A DNA stretch of 63,443 nucleotides, counting the filler, from Octopus bimaculoides (taxonomy: Eukaryota), in NCBI RefSeq assembly GCF_001194135.2. It is 4 parts of 4 records of this genome, joined end to end, with 100 filler letters (N's around TTAATTAATTAA, not from the genome) between each part and the next. Parts side by side here need not be neighbours in the genome. Positions count along the whole stretch, not along the records: positions 23,010 to 44,809 come from NC_068983.1; 3 more parts are not named here. One strand, 5' to 3'. This document shows, piece after piece, positions 25,298 to 37,100 of the stretch. Each line of letters opens with the position of its first letter. Within the stretch, counting starts at the first letter, position 1. The translations under genes were made by a program, and so were the position numbers. The notes beneath the pieces are model-generated. The model was not told the DNA's origin, did no database searches, and saw nothing but the letters and a program-made list of their open reading frames with translations.

Positions 25298-26848
25298 GGC
25301 ACACGGTAATATTTTCATTACTTATAATGTAACAGTTACAACTAGATGAATAAACTGGGCTTCGCCCATTGACAAATCGTACGATCCTTAGTTGGTCAAA
25401 TGATCACACATTCACCCCTTGATTAGCAAAAGTGATGGAAAAATTAACCAGTGTGTTCGTAGAGTCGTTAGATCATAGAAAACCTACGATATTTCTTCGA
25501 CTTCCTTTCTTCTCAGTACAAATTGCGCCGAGGAGAACTATGTGTTTAATACATTCGAAATCGTTAGTATAGTACAAATCCAGTCGGCAGATTTGCGACA
25601 GTGTAAGATATCGGAACAAATGTAATGCAGTGTTTGTTCGGGATTTTTGCGTTTTATGTTCCCATCCTACCTGGTCATTCATAGCGATATACTTAATCTC
25701 TTACCAGCCTTAACACCGCCAAATGACATTTTGAGTTCGGTTTAGTTGAGAATCTTCACTTGCTTGCATTTGGACAAAGTGTTTGATTTGAGTCTACATT
25801 TCTAAACTCCCACAATCTCAGATGAACTCAGCGTTAACTCCTGGCAAAAATTAAGTTATATTCACCCGCGCTAGCTTGATTGACCCGTTCTGCAGTAACA
25901 TAAGACACTATGGATGTCATATTTCAATAATGTCTCATACACACACACGCACACACACAAACACACATGCATACACACACACACACAGACACACAAGCAT
26001 ACTTATACACATAATTCTCCTACAATTTTCATTGTAAATTAGATCACCAGCGTCAGATGCGTTGTACATAGTTTAAATAGGAAAATTACCTATCAAAGAG
26101 CATTGCAAAACATTACACATCAAGTGAGAGATTAATAGTAAATAAATGTTATGTATAATAAAGGTTGTCATTATTAATCAGGTTATTTGTCAGACCTGTC
26201 TCTCGATAAGGATTTATTTTCACAATTTAAAGTTGTTTCAACAATCAAAGTTGTCACAGCTTTGACGAAGAAATTAAGTATGATCTTTTATGTACAGAGA
26301 GATTGCAATCTTCATGTTTCTGTTGTTATCATCGGTGTTCATGCTATATCTTTTTAATAATCGTGAACAATATCACAACCATTTGCTTTTTGACATTCTT
26401 GTTATTATAGTAATCATCATTGTCCTCTTCATCAACATATGATCATCATCGTTGTCGTCGTCGTCGTCGTCATGATGATGCTGATGATGATGATGATGAT
26501 GATGATCATGATCATCATCATCATCATCATCATCAACATCTTTTGAGAAATACGTCATGAACCTATTTCTCTTCTACCATATTCATATTTAGTATTGCCT
26601 TTGTGATTTTTTTGTGATTATTATTTCTGTTCCTGTCATCATGTTACTTATTGTTATTGTTTTGTTGTTATGATGCTGCTTGCCTTTATTTCTTGGTTGT
26701 GATAAAATGTGCGAAATAACTTATTTATATTGAATATACATTTTATGTATAAATGAAGACACAAAATATGAGTGAAAGAAAAATGCATTGGGGAAACTGG
26801 TACACTAATTGCCATAGACCAGTTTCATAAGAAACATTACTTGAAGTA

Positions 26849-26849
<1 letters not shown>

Positions 26850-26916
<67 letters not shown>

Positions 26917-26946
26917 TAATAATAATAATAATAATAGTAATAATAA
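26850..26946. repeat. (AAT)n microsatellite
   Basis: Directly visible. Confidence 0.97.
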
Positions 26947-27939
26947 CACCTTGTTTTTAATAACAGATGATTTTTAACTGGTTCCATGATTGTCTGCAGA
27001 ATGTAGAGTGAGATGTCAGAATAGCAGCTATTTTAGAAATTTGTATGACATCACTATTTTCTCAATATTCGCTTATTCGATTATTTCGTCGTTGAAAAAT
27101 AATGGATACATATATGCATGCAAACATACATATACATACAGGAATGCCTGCCGATCCCAATGGACACTTAGATACATAATACCTCTATCCATACATACAG
27201 GCATACATACACTCACGCGTACGTACATACATTCATGAATTTTAAATCATCAAGACCTAATATACTATAGTCGCCAATGACTACCTACATGTTCCATCGT
27301 GTCGTTGCGTTTTTTCTTTCTTCGTATAATACTTGGCAATCCTATTCATTTATGGCTTTATTTGAAGTATAATTTTACCAACGAAAGCATAGTACTTGAT
27401 TAACCTACTTATTGTACATATATTGAAATTTCCTTTTATTTTTACGTTTGATATATAAATATATATACGGGTTTTAGTTATGATTAATTGTCAGTAGGCG
27501 CATTACCTATGAAAAGAACAGTACTTCATTCAAAGTCATTCCAAACCTTGATCTTCCTTGTACGCAACCAGCGAAAGGCACATAATGAAATGAATAATAA
27601 TCGTCCGAATGGAAACACTGTTTAGCAAACGAAATATGGCCGTTTGATATACCACTGACGACTCCACCAAATGATACACATAATAAATTCTACAGAATAT
27701 CACCAGCGAAGGACTGATGCACGATAGGCCGAAGTATTCGTAGTCATTCATAAAGAAATCCGTTAATTCCGTTTCCCCTTAATCGCAGATGATATATGCT
27801 CGATGAAAACGAACGAATTCCTGAAATAAGTCTAGTGGCACTTATGTCCATACAGTTTGATGACGTCAAGTACACGAAGACAGTGAACGTCTTTTAAATT
27901 GCATGCAAACAGGTTATACGCAGATTTAAATTTATTAAT

Positions 27940-27983
<44 letters not shown>

Positions 27984-29294
27984 NNNNNNNNNNNNNNNNN
28001 NNNNNNNNNNNNNNNNNNNNNNNNNNNNNNNNNNNNNNNNNNNNNNNNNNNNNNNNNNNNNNNNNNNNNNNNNNNNNNNNNNNNNNNNNNNNNNNNNNNN
28101 NNNNNNNNNNNNNNNNNNNNNNNNNNNNNNNNNNNNNNNNNNNNNNNNNNNNNNNNNNNNNNNNNNNNNNNNNNNNNNNNNNNNNNNNNNNNNNNNNNNN
28201 NNNNNNNNNNNNNNNNNNNNNNNNNNNNNNNNNNNNNNNNNNNNNNNNNNNNNNNNNNNNNNNNNNNNNNNNNNNNNNNNNNNNNNNNNNNNNNNNNNNN
28301 NNNNNNNNNNNNNNNNNNNNNNNNNNNNNNNNNNNNNNNNNNNNNNNNNNNNNNNNNNNNNNNNNNNNNNNNNNNNNNNNNNNNNNNNNNNNNNNNNNNN
28401 NNNNNNNNNNNNNNNNNNNNNNNNNNNNNNNNNNNNNNNNNNNNNNNNNNNNNNNNNNNNNNNNNNNNNNNNNNNNNNNNNNNNNNNNNNNNNNNNNNNN
28501 NNNNNNNNNNNNNNNNNNNNNNNNNNNNNNNNNNNNNNNNNNNNNNNNNNNNNNNNNNNNNNNNNNNNNNNNNNNNNNNNNNNNNNNNNNNNNNNNNNNN
28601 NNNNNNNNNNNNNNNNNNNNNNNNNNNNNNNNNNNNNNNNNNNNNNNNNNNNNNNNNNNNNNNNNNNNNNNNNNNNNNNNNNNNNNNNNNNNNNNNNNNN
28701 NNNNNNNNNNNNNNNNNNNNNNNNNNNNNNNNNNNNNNNNNNNNNNNNNNNNNNNNNNNNNNNNNNNNNNNNNNNNNNNNNNNNNNNNNNNNNNNNNNNN
28801 NNNNNNNNNNNNNNNNNNNNNNNNNNNNNNNNNNNNNNNNNNNNNNNNNNNNNNNNNNNNNNNNNNNNNNNNNNNNNNNNNNNNNNNNNNNNNNNNNNNN
28901 NNNNNNNNNNNNNNNNNNNNNNNNNNNNNNNNNNNNNNNNNNNTATATATATATATATATATATATATGAAGATAAACATATGTGAAAAATCATTTTTGA
29001 TTATCTTCCTTATACCGGAAAAAATCCCTGATTACCTTCCACTATCTAGAACACCATATTTTACACCGTAGCGAAGACATGTTACGATACAGGTAGAGAA
29101 ATTTGAAAAGAAAATACGCAACCGGTTATTTCTCCAAAAATAATGCTTCTATACTCGAAATTTTATAACATTTTTTAACATAACCATTTACATATATACT
29201 TTAACCATATAACACAAGCCATCTGTAGCTTTTTCACTCTTGTTTATCGTTTATACATCCAACCACGTACTTTCACATACCAACTTCCTCTCTA

Positions 29295-29336
<42 letters not shown>

Positions 29337-30310
29337 ATATATAGGTTATAAGCGGTAGTGGTGTCAATGAGACCCAAAGCACAAACCTCCAGAACTGCTA
29401 AATAAACATAATGAGGCACTAAGCACATGCAACCACCGCTTTTTTTCAGACATTCTAATTCTATCACAAATCGAAATGACTAAACGACCATAAAGTACAT
29501 TTCCACAACACCCCTTACATATAAACCCAATAACCTTATAAATCTACATTTTAACTTCTAATCCCCATCTAATCTCTCATTCATACTCGTACTTCACAAC
29601 CATCTAATTATATTTGTGTGTGTGCATCCATGCAATATGCGTGTATATGTATGTCTGTATGCGTGTATGTATGCACGTTTCTATGCGTGAATGTATGTAT
29701 GTATGCAAGGTATGTATAACTGCATGTACATAGGTGATAANNNNNNNNNNNNNNNNNNNNNNNNNNNNNNNNNNNNNNNNNNNNNNNNNNNNNNNNNNNN
29801 NNNNNNNNNNNNNNNNNNNNNNNNNNNNNNNNNNNNNNNNNNNNNNNNNNNNNNNNNNNNNNNNNNNNNNNNNNNNNNNNNNNNNNNNNNNNNNNNNNNN
29901 NNNNNNNNNNNNNNNNNNNNNNNNNNNNNNNNNNNNNNNNNNNNNNNNNNNNNNNNNNNNNNNNNNNNNNNNNNNNNNNNNNNNNNNNNNNNNNNNNNNN
30001 NNNNNNNNNNNNNNNNNNNNNNNNNNNNNNNNNNNNNNNNNNNNNNNNNNNNNNNNNNNNNNNNNNNNNNNNNNNNNNNNNNNNNNNNNNNNNNNNNNNN
30101 NNNNNNNNNNNNNNNNNNNNNNNNNNNNNNNNNNNNNNNNNNNNNNNNNNNNNNNNNNNNNNNNNNNNNNNNNNNNNNNNNNNNNNNNNNNNNNNNNNNN
30201 NNNNNNNNNNNNNNNNNNNNNNNNNNNNNNNNNNNNNNNNNNNNNNNNNNNNNNNNNNNNNNNNNNNNNNNNNNNNNNNNNNNNNNNNNNNNNNNNNNNN
30301 NNNNCACACA

Positions 30311-30349
<39 letters not shown>

Positions 30350-30384
30350 ATATACATATATATATATACATATATATACATATA

Positions 30385-30544
30385 TACGACAGGCTTCTTT
30401 CAGTTTCCGTCTACCAAATCCACTCACAAGGCTTTGGTTGGCCCGAGGCTATAGTAGAAGACACTTGCCCAAGGTGCCACGCAGTGGGACTGAACCCAGA
30501 ACCATGTGGTTGGTAGGCTAGCTACTTACGACACAGCCACTCCT
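30385..30544 (-). mobile_element. SINE family A tRNA-like head and body, followed by internal (TA)(TG) tract and a gap
   Basis: Reverse complement aggagtggctgtgtcgtaagtag (A box)...gggttcagtccc (B box)...ggaaactgaaagaagcctgtcgta. Confidence 0.92.
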
Positions 30545-31245
30545 ATATATATATATATGTATACGTCTTCACAAATATTTTCTTCTACTAATAGCATTGA
30601 CCTGTCCAACCACCTAAATTCCTAAATTCATCATCCCATAACACTACCTCTCTCTTTGCCCCATCACTTAGACTCCATCAACGCACAATTGACACTCCTT
30701 TACGTTTTAAACCTCTCTCTATCACCCTTATTCCTTCTATCTTTCTACACTCTAATACCTTTCTCTCTATATAACCCATATATCCCCATTCCTACTTTCA
30801 AATTATATCGACTGACAACTATGTGGTACACTTTCCCTTATCTCTCTCTTTATATTCGTTTTTTACTTTCTTTTCTTTATTCTTCTTATTATTTTCTTCT
30901 TCCTCCTTTCTTCTCTCACTCTTCCCCTTTTCTTCTCTATCTTTATTCGCGCCTTCCTGTTTTCGATACGACCTTCCTAATACATACCCTACTATTAGGT
31001 CACTTTAAATAAAACACTTGATTCAATAACACTCTGTACAAACTCTATACTCGGAATGACTAATTTTAAAGACTATTGGATTTTTCTCATAAAGTTTGGG
31101 ATTTAATATGTATACCATTCTGCCTAAATAATGGATTTACAAATACAATATCCCTAAATATCTCACATCTATTTTCGTTCCTACAATTCACTCTCTATTT
31201 CGTATCTTATCTAAATTAACTATTGCTTAACCATTTTCTCACACT

Positions 31246-31293
31246 GTCTCCGATGAAGGGATATAATAAATATCCTGGAAACAGGTATAAGAC
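31246..31293 (+). ncRNA. Decayed type I hammerhead motif (same family as 49361)
   Basis: gtct-CCGATGA-a-gggatat(aataa)atatcct-g-GAAAC-aggt-ATA-agac; U4C, an extra G and G16.2A relative to the 49361 copy. Confidence 0.65.
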
Positions 31294-32158
31294 CTATTTA
31301 CACAGCTTTTTATCTAATTACGAAAAGTAAATATATANNNNNNNNNNNNNNNNNNNNNNNNNNNNNNNNNNNNNNNNNNNNNNNNNNNNNNNNNNNNNNN
31401 NNNNNNNNNNNNNNNNNNNNNNNNNNNNNNNNNNNNNNNNNNNNNNNNNNNNNNNNNNNNNNNNNNNNNNNNNNNNNNNNNNNNNNNNNNNNNNNNNNNN
31501 NNNNNNNNNNNNNNNNNNNNNNNNNNNNNNNNNNNNNNNNNNNNNNNNNNNNNNNNNNNNNNNNNNNNNNNNNNNNNNNNNNNNNNNNNNNNNNNNNNNN
31601 NNNNNNNNNNNNNNNNNNNNNNNNNNNNNNNNNNNNNNNNNNNNNNNNNNNNNNNNNNNNNNNNNNNNNNNNNNNNNNNNNNNNNNNNNNNNNNNNNNNN
31701 NNNNNNNNNNNNNNNNNNNNNNNNNNNNNNNNNNNNNNNNNNNNNNNNNNNNNNNNNNNNNNNNNNNNNNNNNNNNNNNNNNNNNNNNNNNNNNNNNNNN
31801 NNNNNNNNNNNNNNNNNNNNNNNNNNNNNNNNNNNNNNNNNNNNNNNNNNNNNNNNNNNNNNNNNNNNNNNNNNNNNNNNNNNNNNNNNNNNNNNNNNNN
31901 NNNNNNNNNNNNNNNNNNNNNNNNNNNNNNNNNNNNNNNNNNNNNNNNNNNNNNNNNNNNNNNNNNNNNNNNNNNNNNNNNNNNNNNNNNNNNNNNNNNN
32001 NNNNNNNNNNNNNNNNNNNNNNNNNNNNNNNNNNNNNNNNNNNNNNNNNNNNNNNNNNNNNNNNNNNNNNNNNNNNNNNNNNNNNNNNNNNNNNNNNNNN
32101 NNNNNNNNNNNNNNNNNNNNNNNNNNNNNNNNNNNNNNNNNNNNNNNNNNNNNNNNNN

Positions 32159-32685
32159 NGCCTCTGAATTGCCTCGTGTTCTGCTGTCCGTTTGACACTG
32201 TGTGGTGACCACAAATGAGAGCAATAGTCTAGGCGGCTCAGGACAAATGTCTTCCATAGAGTCAACATGACTTTTTGATCCCTTGTACGGAATGTCCTCA
32301 GCATCCACCCCGCCAGCTGTCTGCACTTTGCTGTCAACTTGACAATGTGCATGTGAAATGATGCATCACTACACATGTTCATGCCCAGGTCTCTCACGGA
32401 TTGTTGTTCTGAGATTGCAGTACCTCCAGGTCCTGTGTATGCCAGTTGGGAGGCACTTGTGGCCTTGTAGCGCATTACTTGAAATTTTTCCGCGTTGAAC
32501 TGCATATTGTTTTGCTCTGCCCACTCATATATTGCATTTAGGTCGTTCTGTAGGCTTACAATATCATCAGGATTGTTTATTGCCTGAGATAGTTTTGTGT
32601 CATCAGCGTAGCCAGTGACAGTGGCTCTCCGAGTGACCGTGGGCATGTCCAGAAGGGCCACTATGAACAGTAGTGGCCCCAGGAA
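32159..32685 (-). mobile_element. CR1-group LINE reverse transcriptase fragment, 5' truncated
   Basis: FLGPLLF...GYADDTKL...LQNDLNAIYEWAEQNNMQFNAEKFQVM...VRDLG...SRLDYCSHLWSP; runs into an N-gap. Confidence 0.92.
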
Positions 32686-32732
32686 GCGAGCTACTAACCC
32701 CAAGGTTCCGAGTTCGATTCACGGCAGCGACC
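32686..32732 (+). mobile_element. tRNA-derived head fragment (3' half)
   Basis: gctactaaccccaaggttccgagttcgattcacggcagcg contains the B box GAGTTCGATTC and an anticodon-arm-like segment; followed by (AAT)n. Confidence 0.6.
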
Positions 32733-32814
32733 TGATTAATAATAGTAATAATAATAATATAATAATAATAGTAACATCGTTAGGAATGAGAACCCAGGTT
32801 CGAAATTTCCCCAA

Positions 32815-32860
32815 GACACCTGACGAAGGCTGGAGGGTATATCAGCCGAAACGTTGTGTT
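32815..32860 (+). ncRNA. Minimal type I hammerhead ribozyme in a PLE-terminal-repeat-like module (about 32775-32870)
   Basis: gacac-CTGACGA-a-ggctg(gagggtatat)cagcc-GAAAC-GTT-gtgtt: canonical core, 5-bp stem II, palindromic ACGU stem III, stem I gacac/gtgtt. Confidence 0.8.
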
Positions 32861-34085
32861 AACAACAAACNNNNNNNNNNNNNNNNNNNNNNNNNNNNNN
32901 NNNNNNNNNNNNNNNNNNNNNNNNNNNNNNNNNNNNNNNNNNNNNNNNNNNNNNNNNNNNNNNNNNNNNNNNNNNNNNNNNNNNNNNNNNNNNNNNNNNN
33001 NNNNNNNNNNNNNNNNNNNNNNNNNNNNNNNNNNNNNNNNNNNNNNNNNNNNNNNNNNNNNNNNNNNNNNNNNNNNNNNNNNNNNNNNNNNNNNNNNNNN
33101 NNNNNNNNNNNNNNNNNNNNNNNNNNNNNNNNNNNNNNNNNNNNNNNNNNNNNNNNNNNNNNNNNNNNNNNNNNNNNNNNNNNNNNNNNNNNNNNNNNNN
33201 NNNNNNNNNNNNNNNNNNNNNNNNNNNNNNNNNNNNNNNNNNNNNNNNNNNNNNNNNNNNNNNNNNNNNNNNNNNNNNNNNNNNNNNNNNNNNNNNNNNN
33301 NNNNNNNNNNNNNNNNNNTATATATATATATATATATATATATACATTATTTATATATATACATTATTTATATATATATACATTATTTATACATTATATA
33401 TATATATATATGCACATGTTGGCACATGACGGCTTGAAACGTGTACAACAAAAAAATTCGAAATATGAGTACATGGAATATGAACTATTTTTTCGAACAA
33501 CGAAAGGCACAAGTGGAAAACAAGGCAAACAACATAAAGAACGTAACTTTTCAGATGAATGATGGTAGTCATCATGTTGACACAGCAAATTAATAACATA
33601 CAATCGTTCACTTTAATGGGTACCATAGAGATGCAGAGATAACTCACTTCCTGAATGTTTTCCTGATACTTCGTAGACAAAGTTCGAAATATATTTGGAA
33701 CATGCACAAGATCTTAATACCATCAGATAAAATAACATTCCACACAAGTTAAGGAAAATAAATAATTGATAAAAAGTACCCACGATTGTTCGGAGCCCGT
33801 ACAAAGGCTTAGAATGAACCAGCATGATAGTTGTGTACAGGGATATCTAGTCGTATTTAATGCGAAGGAGAACGCTTTATGTTGCATGTAACTAGAAATA
33901 CTCATGTGAGGATGTCTTCACGGAAGTGTTAGAGAATCTTATGATGTTCTAGATAGACAAAGTAAAGAACAGAAGACCGTAAGTTTTCGAACAAACTTCT
34001 CCGCCTTTTTATAAGGCCAGGACAACGCAAGCATAGATGTATGGCAATCTCAATGATTACGATCTCCACACTAAGACGCACATAT

Positions 34086-34172
<87 letters not shown>

Positions 34173-37100
34173 TAGACACACACTCACTCACTCATTTCGC
34201 ACACACGCACATACACTCTCTATCTCCCCCTCACACAAACGCACAAGCATACCTACTCATTATCATATTTAACATGCACCGCGTTTTATACACCTAACTG
34301 TCATTTCCGGCCGAAACACTGATTTTTTAATATTCTTTTACATCGATTTTTTTTTATTTGTCCGGCCAATACATTGATATGTTACTAATTAAAAAGGGTA
34401 TATTTCTTTGATTCATTATGTCAATGCATTATATGAATTCAGAAGTCAACAGTTAACGCAGCTAACGTAATCATATCGAAACTAATGTATGAAATCCCTA
34501 ATTTTTCTCCCAGTTGATCTGTTCAATTGCAAGAGAATGATCACTATATTATAGTAGGATTACACGTGATAGTTTTCAATTTTTAAAACTATATCCCACG
34601 AATTAGCATAAAATATTGGCTTTAATGTCGTGGGCTATTTGGCAGACCTGTTAAACGTAAGGCCAAATGTCAAAGAGAAATTATTATCGTCTAATATTTG
34701 TGGTAGCATGTTGCTGATGTTGGATTTCTATTTCACACATCCAGAAATCAATAAGATATGCAAAAAACAAAGTGCTGCATTGGTGCACATGATTATAAGT
34801 CCTTCTACTTGAATTAATCAAATTCGTGAGTACACTAAATTAACTAACACTAACATAAATAAGAATAAATAACGTTTGAATAAAACATTGCATCAATATT
34901 TGAAAGCAAGTTCTCTCCGTCCATCACTCTGTTTCCGTCTCTCTAAATACATATATGTGTGCGTGTGCGAGAGCCTGGGATATTATATATTTAGGTGTGT
35001 GCGTATGTATATATGCATATACACACACGCACACGTACATGCATAAACTCACAGCGATACATATATATATATATATATATANNNNNNNNNNNNNNNNNNN
35101 NNNNNNNNNNNNNNNNNNNNNNNNNNNNNNNNNNNNNNNNNNNNNNNNNNNNNNNNNNNNNNNNNNNNNNNNNNNNNNNNNNNNNNNNNNNNNNNNNNNN
35201 NNNNNNNNNNNNNNNNNNNNNNNNNNNNNNNNNNNNNNNNNNNNNNNNNNNNNNNNNNNNNNNNNNNNNNNNNNNNNNNNNNNNNNNNNNNNNNNNNNNN
35301 NNNNNNNNNNNNNNNNNNNNNNNNNNNNNNNNNNNNNNNNNNNNNNNNNNNNNNNNNNNNNNNNNNNNNNNNNNNNNNNNNNNNNNNNNNNNNNNNNNNN
35401 NNNNNNNNNNNNNNNNNNNNNNNNNNNNNNNNNNNNNNNNNNNNNNNNNNNNNNNNNNNNNNNNNNNNNNNNNNNNNNNNNNNNNNNNNNNNNNNNNNNN
35501 NNNNNNNNNNNNNNNNNNNNNNNNNNNNNNNNNNNNNNNNNNNNNNNNNNNNNNNNNNNNNNNNNNNNNNNNNNNNNNNNNNNNNNNNNNNNNNNNNNNN
35601 NNNNNNNNNNNNNNNNNNNNNNNNNNNNNNNNNNNNNNNNNNNNNNNNNNNNNNNNNNNNNNNNNNNNNNNNNNNNNNNNNNNNNNNNNNNNNNNNNNNN
35701 NNNNNNNNNNNNNNNNNNNNNNNNNNNNNNNNNNNNNNNNNNNNNNNNNNNNNNNNNNNNNNNNNNNNNNNNNNNNNNNNNNNNNNNNNNNNNNNNNNNN
35801 NNNNNNNNNNNNNNNNNNNNNNNNNNNNNNNNNNNNNNNNNNNNNNNNNNNNNNNNNNNNNNNNNNNNNNNNNNNNNNNNNNNNNNNNNNNNNNNNNNNN
35901 NNNNNNNNNNNNNNNNNNNNTATATATATATATATACATACATATATATACATATATTTATATATTTCCTTATATATACATATATGCATATATATACTTG
36001 TATAAATATATTTAGATATTTATATGAATGTATGCATTATGTATTTATATCTACATATGCACGCACATGCCCGTACACACGCGAACACTCGAATGCTCGC
36101 ACACAGAAACTTATGTTCCTCATGTTACCACGATATTTCTGGAAAAAAAGAATAATTTCATATGCATATATTTGATAAGTTTCGTTTTGAAATTACAGAC
36201 CAAACGTAAAAATCCGGATAATGGTGGGTGGAAAACAAGTGATCAATGATTTTTAATGCATTATATTTGAGAATAATTTTCAATAAATCATGGAATAACA
36301 CAAATGTACTGAAATGACATTCATAAAATAGATTTGAAAGAAAGAAAATGACAAAAATATTTCTAGCATCGTACGTGATTATTGATTCAATGTTGTATAT
36401 GTACAAGCGCGCGCACACGCATACACATACACATACAAATACACATATGCATGCACATGCTCTAATACACAGATATACCCACATACAAAAAACTTTTGGC
36501 AAATACATGCAGCCATTACAATCACAAGCACAAACATTCTAAATCCTTAAACGTACATACATGGAGATATGCATATATATTTGCGTTGTCATTTTAATTT
36601 TCTATTTACAACAAACAGAAATTTCGTATAAGAGGATACGTAAATAAAAGTTGAAAATGTGTATGAGTGTCTGGGTGTGTATATAAATATATAGGCATAC
36701 AGAGTGATACAGATATGTATGTATATATATATATATATATNNNNNNNNNNNNNNNNNNNNNNNNNNNNNNNNNNNNNNNNNNNNNNNNNNNNNNNNNNNN
36801 NNNNNNNNNNNNNNNNNNNNNNNNNNNNNNNNNNNNNNNNNNNNNNNNNNNNNNNNNNNNNNNNNNNNNNNNNNNNNNNNNNNNNNNNNNNNNNNNNNNN
36901 NNNNNNNNNNNNNNNNNNNNNNNNNNNNNNNNNNNNNNNNNNNNNNNNNNNNNNNNNNNNNNNNNNNNNNNNNNNNNNNNNNNNNNNNNNNNNNNNNNNN
37001 NNNNNNNNNNNNNNNNNNNNNNNNNNNNNNNNNNNNNNNNNNNNNNNNNNNNNNNNNNNNNNNNNNNNNNNNNNNNNNNNNNNNNNNNNNNNNNNNNNNN

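Noticed and set aside
27536-27781. Hydrophobic 81-codon minus-strand frame (YFGLSCISPSLVIFCRIYYV...)
   Set aside because: No convincing splice sites or recognisable family; ORFs of about 80 codons are expected by chance here.
27832-29071. Long ORFs of 200-460 aa in the track (also 10670, 29604, 31310, 34924, 36589, 46161, 52627, 55398)
   Set aside because: They consist almost entirely of X from N-gaps plus microsatellite translations.
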